Shown piece by piece: positions 27,573-40,026 of a DNA stretch of 64,000 bases. Position 1 is the stretch's first letter; every line of letters begins with the position of its first letter. The translations under genes and the position numbers were made by a program. The notes beneath the pieces were generated by a model that had not been told where the DNA came from, made no database searches, and worked only from the letters and a program-made list of their open reading frames with translations. The stretch is taken from the NCBI RefSeq assembly GCF_963921235.1, contig NC_086111.1:29636001-29700000 (forward strand), in the 5' to 3' direction. This stretch comes from Mobula hypostoma. Its lineage: Eukaryota.

Positions 27573-29200
27573 AGTTTTAAAGAATACATTTGCATTATAT
27601 TAATCCTGTGCTTGAAGTATTTTATATGTTTAACAGGTTAGGAAAAGCTATTGACAATAAGGCACTATCAGCAAGTAGTAAAACTTAGTAGACAAACAAC
27701 ATTAATACACCTGTGTACATTTCCTACAATTACAAATTTCACATTTATGTAAATACACTTCTACCATTCAAAAGTAAAATTTTACACTAATTTAGAAATC
27801 TTCCCAATCAGATTTGTGAAGAATAATTATGAAATGTGAAGAATAAAATGGTTACAACCTTTATAAAATATGTTAAAACAGAATTATGGTATGACTGAGT
27901 GATATGGAACCCGATTAAATGCTAGATCAAAGCTGCTCATTTGTATACAAAAAAAATCAAGTCTGTTGTGCAAAGCAAGTATAAAGAAGTGTGTGTTAGC
28001 ATTTTAACCTGAATTGAGCCCAAGTTACAAATTTATATAACTTAAGCACAATTACCTGAAATAACTTCAGAGTCAAAAGATGGAAATACAACTCACTTAT
28101 GCACTAACAGTTAAATGAGTAAAGTAATATTTCAATAATTTTACTTTAATGTCATATTGATGCTCAAGTTGGACTCGGCTAATGAATCACCCAGCAAAAC
28201 CTTAATGAACCATTCACTTTCTTCATGCCATACAATAATTTAGCTTGTTTGTGCAGTAGTACTAAATGCTAAATTAGACTACATTTATTCAGAATCCAGA
28301 ATAAAATCATGGAAAGTGGAAGACTATCTGGATGACAAACCAAGCATTCTCATGTGGTTTAAGATTTCATATCCAGCTAGGTGCGTATTGTTAATACAGA
28401 TACTCCTTCCAAAAGCCCCAGTCCTTAAGAAGTACAGCGGGGAAAAAAAATCTACTTTTCAGGCAACCCATTTTTTAATAATTAACGGCTTCTCAAAGAT
28501 CTTTCCTTAGTGGAGTATATCAGAATTTCAATAAATCTATTGATGACGATATTCATCAGATTAAATTTAAATACATGCACAACAAAACAGCTCTGCAGAC
28601 AATGAAATCATGAAAATGGCCACATGAACAAGGCATCAAAGGAATGGTGACACCCATAAATAATTTACAGGAATTCTGGTGTAAAAAAGATATGAAATGT
28701 ATGGTCAAGATGGGGCCAATGAATAATGCTTCAACAAGAGACATCTTCCAGATAGTCCACAAAACTGTTTCTTTCACTTCTTTTACATCTGTTTCTTTTA
28801 AATGTGGCTCTGGTATTGTTGAAGCCTGTGATCTACTGTTCAATGGTGTGTTTTCAGGCTGACTGAGCAATCCTGTGCTTTGCTGTCTCCGAGAAGGTTC
28901 CAGGAGGCAAGTGGCCTCAAGGCCAAGAAGCTTAGAGACAGGGCATGAGCAAGGGAAAGCGTGAGAGTGAAAGGTGGTGTATGTCATGCTTGCTGTGCCA
29001 TATAACCTACTGTATAATATACAACAACTTTATGTTGTACCAATACATTGTATTGAGCATGCATTATTAGGCGCGTATGGATCTGTATATATGCGTGTTC
29101 AGTTTGGTTTTAGTTAGGAAAGAACCCTGTTGATTTAGCTCCCATCTCCAGCATTTTATTTACAGCTTTGTTGTGTAAACTGGCCACATACACAACAAAT

Positions 29201-29211
29201 TGGCAACGAGG
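29201..29211 (+). promoter_or_regulatory. Primer-binding site, tRNA-Ser(GCU)-like
   Basis: TGGCAACGAGG 3 nt after the LTR; one mismatch to TGGCGACGAGG, the recalled complement of the tRNA-Ser(GCU) 3' end. Confidence 0.7.
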
Positions 29212-30762
29212 TTAATGAACCTACATCTTACCGGAACGCCGGGTTTTAGTTGATAACAGCACTCGGAGGACAAGCACAAGGTATGAGCCAGGGAAGCGGG
29301 AGACACAGTCGGAGCCGCAAATCATCCAGCCAAGACCACAGCCAGAGCTGACCCCAGGGGCTGAGGGTCTGCAGCCCCAGAAGGGAGGGAAAAAAAGGAG
29401 CGACACACACATCTAGCCAGAGTACGCTTGCAACGCTAGCAAAAAAAAGGTCATGCAAGTCAAAAAGAAAACAAGGGACCGGGGCTAAATTGACAAGGGA
29501 TCGGGGCTAAGTTCACATAACAAGGATAAATTAACATAACAAGGATGGCGTTAATTGGCACCATTACAGCATTTGATAGTGGCATTTAAGACTGGGCTTA
29601 TATTGAAAGAATAAAGTTATATTGTGATGCTAACGATGTTAACGATAACCAATTTCCCCTGGGATCAATAAAGTATGACTATGACTATAATGAAGAAAAC
29701 AAAGCCAGCGTCTTACTTAGTTTAATGGACGCGAAAACATACGGCCTGCTACGGAGCTATTTAACCCCTGAAAAGCCAGCTGACAAAACATTCAAGCAAA
29801 TAGTAGACACTCTACAACAGCATTTAAACTCCAAACCATTGGTCATTGCTGAAAGATTTAAATTCCATAAACGGAATCAGAACAAAAATGAAAGCATTTC
29901 TGAATATTGTGCTAAATAGCGCAAATTATCAGAATGTCGTCAATTTGGAGCTGATCTATCAGATGCATTGAGGGACAGGTTAGTGTGTGGCATGCACTGT
30001 GAAATCACACAGAAGAAGCTTCTGTGTGAAAGAGACTTTACATTAGAGAAAGCTCTAAACATCACTATATCAATGGAAACAGCGGCACCGGGTGCTTCCG
30101 AGATACAATAAAAATCTCTGTTATACGCCACAAATAAAACGTCACTGAACAGAAATAAAGGGAAGAAATGTTATGGGAAATGTTACCGTTGTGGGAACAG
30201 GTCACATGACCCTGATGATTGTTGGTTTAAAGATAAAGAATGCAGAAACTGTAGCAAACAGGGCCACATTGGCAGAGTATGCAAAGCTAGTAAACAGCAG
30301 AAAAAGGACAAAATACAGAGAAACAAGAAACCCCAGAAAGGAAAATACAACAATGTGCACAAAATGAAAGAAAACAATGCTGTCACTTAGACAAAAGTGA
30401 ATTGTCTTGTCTGCGACTTCACAGTGTGAAAGACACAGATGATCGAAGAGTAATATGGATCACTCCACAAGTGGCAGGCGTGAGACTGAAAATGGAGTTG
30501 GACACTGACTCAGCTTTAACAGTAACCTCTGTCCACAACTGCAACTGACTGTTTCCTCACTTACCTCTGAAACGAACTAAACTACTGCTAAAGACTTACA
30601 CAGGGCAGAAAGTGCGTCCCAAAGGTAAAATTAAAGTGACAGTGACCTACGGAGACAAAACACAGCAGCTGAACCTCTATGTACTGAAAAATGGAGGACC
30701 ACCGTTGCTGGGACATGAATGGCTCAGGAAAATTCAGTTGGATTGGCACACCATCAACATGC

Positions 30763-32080
30763 ATAAATATTGACTTCTCAAACTTCCGCCCCACCTCCCC
30801 GTCGTACCCCATCCGTTATTTATTTATATACACACATTTTTTTCTCTTTCTCCTTTTTCTCCCTCTGTCCCTCTCACTATACCCCTTGTTCATCCTCTGG
30901 GCTTCCCCCCTCCCCCTTTCTTTCTCCCTGTGCCTCCTGTCCCATGATCCTCTCATATCCCTTTTGCCAATCAACTGTCCAGCTCTTCGCTCCATCCCTC
31001 CCCCTCCTGTCTTCTCCTATCATTTCGGATCTCACCCTCCCTCTCCCACTTTCAAATCTCTTACTAGCTTTTCTTTCAGTTAGTCCTGACAAAGGGACTC
31101 GGCCCAAAACGTCGACTGTACCTCTTCCTACAGATGCTGCCTAGCCTGCTGTGTTCACCAGCAACTTTTATGTGTGTTGCTTATATTACATGCTCAAGGA
31201 GATCTGCTTTTTTGTGAGAAGGATATAATGGTCTTTTGGAGGTCACCTGATGTGATTTCCCCACCGATGTGAGGTCACGTGATGACATGTGCCCCGTGAC
31301 TATACAAGGGTCGACTCCGGTGACGCAGTAGGGTTTTTGAGTTTGTAGATTTCCAGGTAGAACATGTTGTTCCTCTGTTTCTGTTGCGTGTTTGTTTTTG
31401 TGACGCAGTTTTATTTTTAAAACGGAAGGTATTGTATTTGGACTGCGAATCTGTGGCTGGAAGTGCCAATTTACTCAATTCCGACCGTTTTGAAGGGAGA
31501 GTGAAGAATTCATCGAAGTGAAGGATCAAGAGAAGTCGGCATCGTTTGGCAGTTTAATAAAGGATCGACCTTATTGAGTCTTCGTTGGAGAGAACCTGCA
31601 TCTAGATAACTCTTGCAAAAGGGGAATGAGTTCATGCAAAAAGGTGCTCTCTCTAAAAGGAATTTAAGGTCAGTCAATTTAAACTGTTTATTTTCGACAT
31701 CGGGAATCCTGTGGACAGAACCAGCAGTAAAGGTGCGTCTGTGAAGAAATCCTTCTCCAGAGAAGTCTCTCCCAATTGAATGTGTAAAATTGTTGGACTT
31801 TCGAAGTTATCGCTTTAAGAACTATATCTGACTGTATCGCTTTAAGAACTGTTTTTGCATTTAACGCTTTAAGAACCAGAGCCGAGTGGAGTTGGTGAAC
31901 GGCTGCGTACCTGTTAACCTCCGGTTAAAGTTTTCCTTTGTTTTTTTTCCTTATCGTTTATACGTGTTTAATAAATGTTGGGTTGTTTTTATATAACCTG
32001 TCTCGATTAATATTCATTGTTGCTGGCTACGTAACACTTAAAATTCCAGCATCTGCAGATTTCCTCGTGTTTGCGTTTTT
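30763..32080 (+). mobile_element. Penelope 3' tail inserted in the Gypsy pol, itself split by a solo LTR
   Basis: NIDFSNFR end of the PLE ORF, CT-rich tail and degenerate hammerhead at 31082-31117; the tail resumes at 32037. Confidence 0.85.
31184..32036 (+). mobile_element. Solo LTR (853 bp)
   Basis: Termini TATTAC(=TGTTAC)...GTAACA; exact 4-bp TSD CTTA (31180-31183, 32037-32040); AATAAA near 31970. Confidence 0.8.
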
Positions 32081-34419
32081 AAAACAAGTGCTCGCCAGGT
32101 CATGAGAATATGGGCTCAGAGCTAATCGACAGAAATGTGAGTTTTTCAAAAAGGAAATTTCATACTGTGGACATGTGATCAACAAGGATGGGTTACCCAT
32201 GTCTCAAGCCAAGATAGAAGTGGTACTCAAGGCACCACCACCTGAAAATGTGAGAGCATATCTTGGTCTAGTGAACCACTACCACAAGTTCTTGCCTAAC
32301 CTATCCACAGTTTACACCCACTAAATGCATTATTGCAGACAGGGACACAATGGAAGTGGACTAAGAGCTGTGAGAAAGTGTTTCAAGAAACTATAAGTCT
32401 CATAACTTCAGACGGGGTGTTCACGCACTTTGACCCTCCTTACCTATCCAACTAGCTTGTAATGCCTCGCCCCATGGGATAGGAGCTGAGTTATCGCACA
32501 AGTTTCCAGATGGATCCAAAAGACCAATAGCCTTTGCCTCAAGAACGCTAACTTCAGCTGAACGTAACTACGCACAGATTGACAGAGAGGCCCTAAGCCT
32601 CATGTGGGGTCAAGAAATTCAGTCACTACCTGTATGGCCAAAAGTTTACTCTGTTGACGGACCATCAGCCTCTCGTGTCAATCTTCAACCCAAGGAAAGG
32701 CGTTCTAGTGGTGACAGCACAAAGGCTACAGCGATGGTTCCTTTTCTTAGGAGGTCACAGGTATGACATTGAACACAAAGGGACCAAGCAACACGGCAAA
32801 GCAGATGGTTTGTCACATTTACCACTGCCCACTTCCGAGGTAATGACGCAAATGGATTCAGCAGAGGTCTTTCCCACAACAATAGTTGAACAATTACCAG
32901 TAACAAACAGCCTCATTGAAAAGGAAACACACAATGACCCTATGCTGTCAAAAGTGTATGACATCACGGTAAAGGGATGGCCAGAGTGTGATAAAACACT
33001 GTTTCCAGCCTTCTCAGCGAGGAAGAAGCAGTTGTCAGTGTGTCGGGGAACACTAATGTGTGGCTCTCGAGTTGGGATTCCTCCCAAGCTACGCACCAGA
33101 GTGCTGGAGGAACTGCACGAGGGGCACCTGGGTACCGTGAAGATGAAAAGTCTTGCCTGTGGCTATGTGCGATGGCCAGGAATCGATAAACAGATCGAGG
33201 ACTTGACCAAGAACTGCTCTGGATGTCAAAAGATCCAGAACACATCAACACAAGCCCCCCTCCATCCATGGGAGTGGCCCTCATCACCATGGCAATGAGT
33301 GCACATCGACTTTGCTGGACCATTCATGGACTCTATTTTTTTTTAATTGCCGTCAATGCACATTCCAAATGGCCAGCGGTCATCAAAATGAAGTCAACCA
33401 CGTCAGAAAAGACCATTACAGTTCTGAGGACCATGTTCGCCAGGAATGGCATACCAGAACAAATCTGCACAGACAATGGACGACAATTTATCTTTGAAGA
33501 ATTCCAAAATTTTATGAAGAGCAATGGAATCAAGCACTTTACATCTGCCCCTTATCATTCATCCACAAATGGCTTGGCAGAAAGTTTTGTACAGGCATTC
33601 AAGAAAGCCATCAAGGCAATGGACAGCAAAAATCGACCACTGCAACACAAGACAGACAACTTCCTCCTTGCCTATCGTAACGCAGTACATGTCACCACTA
33701 ATCAGACTCCAGAGATGGTGTTTCTGAACAGGAACCCGAGGTCCCACATGGATCTTCTCAAACCAGATGTACGGCGTGATGTGGAGAACGGACAGTTCAA
33801 ACACTTGAATGCTAAGTCAACACGGAGCTTCAGTGTGGGATAGTCAGTTCTTGCATGTGATTACCGGACTGAAAAGTGGCAGCCAGGTACAATTTCCGCC
33901 CTAGATGGACCACTGATGTATAGAGTACAGGTGGGAGAGAACATATGGAGATGTCATGTGGACTAAATCCCGGATGCTCAGGTGAAAAACTCAACAACAC
34001 CTTGCCTGGACTCCCATGACATGGAAGCACGTCATGTGGATCAAATCTCGAATGCTCAGGTGAAAAACACAACAACATCTTGTCCTGACTCCCTGGACAT
34101 AGAAACAAATGCTCCTGATGTGACCACATCAGCCTCATCCACAGATAAGCCTATTATCAGTTCTGAGGACCCACCTGATATACCTTTGGAGGCTGTTTCC
34201 CCAAAGCAAACGTTTCAGGACAGACATTACCCGGACAGGTAGAGAAGACCCCCCCCCCAAGACTTGATAATAACATTATAATAATTTTTATTATGTTACC
34301 TTATTATAATTTGATATTATTAAGTTACTAAGAAAATAATTGGTAAATGTTTGTATGTTAAGGGTATACATATTGTTTAGCATAATGCCCCCAGTAAAAA
34401 AAAAGTTGATACACTATTA

Positions 34420-34548
34420 NNNNNNNNNNNNNNNNNNNNNNNNNNNNNNNNNNNNNNNNNNNNNNNNNNNNNNNNNNNNNNNNNNNNNNNNNNNNNNNNN
34501 NNNNNNNNNNNNNNNNNNNNNNNNNNNNNNNNNNNNNNNNNNNNNNNN
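34420..34548. other. Assembly gap (129 N)
   Basis: Run of N covering the PPT and the start of the Gypsy 3' LTR. Confidence 1.
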
Positions 34549-34732
34549 CTACTGTATAGGACTACTTTATGTTGTACTAATACATCGTCTTGTGCAAGCG
34601 CTATTAGGCGCGTATGGATCTGTACACATGTGTTCATTTTGGTTTTAGTTAGTAAAGAACCCTGCTGATTTAGCTCCTGTCTCCAGCATTTTACTTACAG
34701 CTTTTTTGTGTAAACCGGCCACATACAAAACA

Positions 34733-35615
34733 CTTGCTTTCAATAGTCAAGAGTTAGGAAGCTATGTTGCAGCTTTCTAACACTCTGGTCATGCGATATC
34801 TGGAGAACTGCATTTACTTTTCATCTCCCAATTTTATTTTATTGAGATACAGCGCAGAGTAGCCCTTTAAGTAGTGCCACCCATGACTCCTAATTAAACG
34901 CTGGCCTAATCACAGGACAATTTACAATGACCAATTAACCTACCAACTGGAACGTCTTTTGACTGGAAGAGGAACCAGAACACCTGGAGGAAACCCATGA
35001 AGTAAAAAGGAAGAACGTACAAACTCCTTACAGACAGTGGCGGGAACTGAACCAGGGTCACTGGTACTATGAAGCGTTGTGCTAACCACTATGCTACCAT
35101 ACTGCCCCAATTATAGCAAGGGTGCTCATGGTTTGGAGATGGTGCAGAATAAGTTTACTTGGATGCTGCCTAAATTAGAGGGCTTGTGATGTAAGGAGAG
35201 GTTGGGCAATCTTGGGTTGTTTTCTCTTAAGTTATATAGGCCAAGAGGAGCCCCAGTACAGGTTTATAGTTATGAGAGACATAGGTGGAGTAGACTTCCA
35301 GTATTTTTCTCACCCAGGGTCTAAATGTCTAAGACTAACATATTTAAGGTGAGAGAGGCAAGTTCAAAGAACATGTGCAAGTAATTATTATATTTTTTTT
35401 AACACAGAGAATGGTGGTTCACTGGAATTTGTTGTCACGGTGATGGTGGAGGCAAATACAATGGAGACATTTAAGAGGCTTTTATATAGACACATGAATG
35501 TGCTGAAAATGGAGGAGTATGGACATTGTGTCGGCAGAAGGGATTAGTAAGGCATTTAATCACTAGTTTAATTAGTTTAGTGCAACATTATGGTCTCAAC
35601 AGCCAGTTCCAGGTG
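34733..35615 (+). mobile_element. CR1 fragment (host of the Gypsy insertion), with a minus-strand V-SINE at about 34833-35107
   Basis: GTGTATGTCATGCTTGC before the Gypsy joins TTTCAATAGTCAAGAG after it (CR1 YGMLAFISR motif); the SINE has V-domain GAACACCTGGAGGAAACCCA and is flanked by CCCCAATT repeats. Confidence 0.75.
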
Positions 35616-38556
35616 CTGTTGAGACATGACTTAAGTGACTCTGCTACTTGTTGAAATTAAGATCCAGTGAAGAACAATAAGGAGTGATCAGTGATACAAA
35701 TACTTATTTAAAACCATAATCTGTTGACGTTACTTGTAAGAACAATTGCAGGAAGTCACTCTTTCATATTATGCAATGAACTAACTCAACTCTCACAAGT
35801 CAAACTAGAAAATAGAAAGCCACTTGTTTGCTGGTGTTGTCCCTCTCCATCTTGCATGTGTTCAGATCAAAACCAGCTTTGTGTAAATTTGTTAACCTAG
35901 ATTACAAACAGTCATTGTGCATACTGTACATAAACTGATGAAAAAGTATTGCATCAGGATTTGGCAATTGGACTGCAGAATTGCTTTTATATCTAGAATC
36001 CTGGACATGCACAGTTATTCTGAATAAAGGAAATGTCAGAAGGATAAAATGTCAGAAAAGCAACTGCAATTCAATACCAGTAAATGTACATTTTGGTTAA
36101 TTTAAAGGTAGCAAACAATAATGAGAAACAGTGATGGATTAAGAACAAGAGGAATAACCTTGAGACAATATACAACTCATGTCCAAGTAATAAAAAAAAT
36201 GTCCACATCTCAATTTTGTTCTCAAGTCACAAAATACACACAAAAAAATCACTCATTATGGTAAACATATACCTGCACTATTTTCTTATTATAACTTGAA
36301 CTAACTTTTTTATACTGCTGCCACAAAACAAATTTCATGACACGTGTCAGTGATAATAAAACAAATTCAAAGCCAAAAGCTTTCAAAAGGCATCATGCAT
36401 CTACCAGTGAAATGCAAACACAACTTTATGACTGGGTTGAGAGATAAAATTTCTTGTGTTGGATCTATTATGCATTGTGCCAGCAGTAATGGATCATTTG
36501 AAGAAAACAGAAAAGGCACAAGATACTAAGATCAATTCTCCAAAACATTAAAACACTCAACAGGAAAAATAGCATGCACAAGTTGGTGAACTATAAGAAT
36601 ACCATTCAGGTTCAATCCAAGTACACCAAAGATGCAATTTGGAAATTGGTATTTGGTATAAATTTTGTGAAGAGTCAAACTTATGAGACGCTGGAGGAAA
36701 TTTTAATTGTCCATTATGTTCAAGAGCAAGTTACAGATGAAGAGCTTGAAAATTTAAAAAGTAAAATCCAATTAGTGAAACCTTGTATGTCCTCAAGAAA
36801 TCCCATATACACTCAAGAATGGGTGAACATAGATGGCAAGGTTAACTTTGCAAATCATTCAAAATATCATTAATCCTGAACATGTCACTATCAGATAAAT
36901 ATCCTCAGGAAGACAATAAGCTGTCTGATCAGACAAAGATATCCAGGGCAGATGGAATGACAGCAAAACTTCAATAATCAAGCATCCTCAGGGCTTTGAT
37001 AATCTCTACCAGCAAATTTTCCAGACCATTAAATGTTACTTCTATTAATACCCAAACACACAGATTTCACTGCAAAAAAAAACCAAACTGCAGATGCTTG
37101 AATGGGAAGAAGCCGAGTTCTGCCTACAGTCTCTTGTATGTACACTTGGGACTTTTTAAAACACACCTCTGGATAGTATAATAAATGTTTCTATAGACCC
37201 CACAACTTTCAAGGGAGCAGGAAGTGCGCTTCCGATTCATATCTAGGAACAAACATCCCATGTTCCTGACCCTCTGCGTCCAAAACAGGCACTTGACCTG
37301 CAATGCAGACTCCCAGCTCTGGCTACACTATTTACATTCTGGACCCTCTCCACACATTCCAGACTAATAAGTGAGCCAGATGCCAGATCATTTGGAGGTC
37401 TGTACAATCAGATGCCAGATTATCAGACTTTTAACTCCCGTCATCAAGTTGTGTGAGATAATCTCTGGTTATTCTGCTCAGGATGTAATGCAACTGTGTC
37501 ATCCACAAAAACAATTTGAAGAAAAGGCAACTTAGTAATATATTCAAGATTTACAACAAAATACTTTCACAGCATGAGTAAAATCTGCAGGCTCTGTATT
37601 TTCACTGTCTTGCAGATTCATCACCTGAAGCAGATGAGGGATCAAACATTAAATTATCATGTAAAATACTGTAGTGATAAGTGAAAATGAAAGTGTATCA
37701 CTGAAAGACAAATTATTGTCTATAGTGTTTATTTTGTGTCTAGAATTACAGTTCGATGTTACACTACAATAAATGGATTTCACCTCAGCAATAACACAAC
37801 ACTATATTTCATTTCCCTTATCCCGTAACCTTTTAACGCTCTTGACTAACAGGTACCCGCCATTCCCCATGCAAATGCTTACTGTATACAGTGACATCTG
37901 CTGGAAATGGGAATATGCAGACAGAATATAATCCCATTGTTTTTGTAAAATAATACATTATTCAAAATTTTGGCCATCTGAAATACTGGCACATGGATAC
38001 TTTACATGCAACCTACTAATACTGATTAATTTTAGCAACAGCTGCCTATTAAATTCAACCATATTTCTATTGTATTGATCAATCAGAAGCTAATTTCACT
38101 TTTATTTTATAGCTATTTACCAATTATGAGGTTTATGATACTACAGTCTTTTATAAAATGCAGTGTTAAGACCAAAACAAAGTTGTCCTCTTAAAAATTT
38201 ATCTGCAAGAAGATAGGTTTTAAAAGTGATTGCATTCACATCTAATTGGTAATATTGAGTACATTTTGGAGACCGTAAAGGTTTGAATAATTATTGACTG
38301 TCCTGTGGGGGTGTGCCTAATTTCAATTGTTGAAAGTTGCTTCCACTGTGATTGGTTAGTTTAGAAACTGCAGCTGCCTTTCCCATTGGATATGATTGGT
38401 AAGGTATACTCTGTGCACACTTTTAACTAAGCATGTTTGTTGATCAGCTTTCTAGTGTCTAACCTGGGGAACATGAATGTTTGGTCAAATTTTTACTGTT
38501 GGTGAATAAATGATTAACATACCCATTTGAAGTCAGTGCACTACCTGTCTCACTTG

Positions 38557-38946
38557 CATGTGCGAGCAAGGAGGCCTACAAACCTGACTCAGTTACACCA
38601 GTTCTGTCTGAAGGAATGGAACAAAATTAGAGCAACTTACTGTGAGAAGCTTGTGGAAGGCTATCCAAAACATTTGACCCAAGTTAAGCAATTTAAAGGC
38701 AATGCTACCAAATACTAACGAAGTGTAGGTAAACTTCTGACCCACTGGGAAAGTGATGAAAGAAATAAAAGCTGAAATAAATCGTTCTCTCTACTACTAT
38801 TCTGACATTTCACATTCTTAAAATAAAGTAGTGACCCTAACTGACCTAAGACAGGGAATGTTTTCTAGGATTAAATGTCAGGAAATGTGAAAAACTGAAT
38901 TTAAACTTATTTGGCTAAGGTGTATGTAAACTTCTGACTTCAACTG
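38557..38946 (+). mobile_element. Sleeping Beauty-family Tc1 transposon, 3' fragment with complete right IR/DR
   Basis: VRARRPTNLTQLHQFCLKEWNKIRATYCEKLVEGYPKHLTQVKQFKGNATKY*; inner DR GTAAACTTCTGACCCACTG; outer end GCTAAGGTGTATGTAAACTTCTGACTTCAACTG followed by TA. Confidence 0.93.
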
Positions 38947-38949
38947 TAT

Positions 38950-39555
38950 AAAGGCAGCAAGACAGCAACTATATTAGGAGCTTGAAGAGCTTTGGCATGT
39001 CAACAAATACACTCAAAACCTTCTATAGATGTACCGTGTCGAGCATTCTGACAGGCTGCATCGCTGTCCGTTATTGGGGGGGGGGGTGCTACTACATAGA
39101 ACGAAAAGAAGCTACAGAGGGTTGTAAATCTAGTCAGCTCCATCTTGGGTACTAGCCTAAAAAGTACACAGGACATCTTCAGGGAGCGGTGTCTGAGAAA
39201 GGCAGCGTCCATTATTAAGGACCTCCAGCACCCAGGGCATGTCCTTTTCTCACTGTTACCATCAGGTAGGAGGTACAGAAGCCTGAAGGCACACACTCAG
39301 CGATTCAGGGACAGTTTCTTCCCTTCTGCCATCCGATTCCCAAATGGACACGAGTGAACCCTTGGACACTAATGCACTTTTTTTAAATATACAGTATTTG
39401 CTTTTTGCACATTTTAAAATCTATTCAACATACATATACTGTAATTACTTATTTATTATCTTTTTTTCCTTTGCTATATTATGTATTACATTGAACCGCT
39501 GCTAAGTTAATAAATTTCACATCACATGGCGGTGATAATAAACCTGATTCTGATT
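38950..39555 (+). mobile_element. Rex1/Babar-type LINE 3' fragment inside the ERV
   Basis: RCLRKAASIIKDLQHPGHVLFSLLPSGRRYRSLKAHTQRFRDSFFPSAIR; AATAAACCTGATTCTGATT tail. Confidence 0.85.
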
Positions 39556-40026
39556 ACTGATGGGCTATGGAATGCCAGTAGATTGGCCAGGCCGGTTGGA
39601 TTTTGCCAGGATTGAAATAGGACATCACTTTGTTTCCATACTTAAATCATCGTGTTTTCCCAGCAGGAAATGCTTTCTGGCTGTTTGCAGTGTTTGTAAG
39701 ATATCCATGTAAAATTAAAGTGAGTCTTAAGAATGAATTGGAGGACTTCAGTCAGAGCTGTATTGTTCTGAGCAAATCACTCTTGATGGCTCAGAGTAGG
39801 ACTACAAGGTTAGGAGATAGGAATATACAGATAGCTTGTCAGCTGATGAATATACAGCGCTTAGGGGCCACACGCCGAGCTAATTAGCAATCAGATCCCG
39901 TTAAGGTTCAAGCCATAATGGGGTGGGGCAATGATCCTACTGTGGGGCTGGGAGATGGGAACGTCTGGCTGGATAATGAAAACAAGGGAGAGAGGGTAAT
40001 GAGGACCTCAGAGTTTAAACCTTGAG

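Larger units (their letters stand above)
28994..34732 (+). mobile_element. Decayed Ty3/Gypsy LTR retrotransposon (K02A2.6/Mag-like)
   Basis: 5' LTR 28994-29197 (TG...CA); 3' LTR 34549-34732 after the gap; 5-bp TSD CTTGC (28989-28993, 34733-34737); gag with VIAERFKFHKRNQ and two CCHC knuckles; protease MELDTDS; RNase H TDHQPL; integrase HHCC and CTDNG core; many stops and frameshifts. Confidence 0.93.

Noticed and set aside
28556-28987. 143-aa minus-strand ORF as an extra BSN exon
   Set aside because: No recognisable homology, no convincing splice pair identified, and it would interrupt ZnF1.
36540-37437. Possible pogo/Tigger remnant and MITE
   Set aside because: Putative inverted termini are too degenerate to call by eye.
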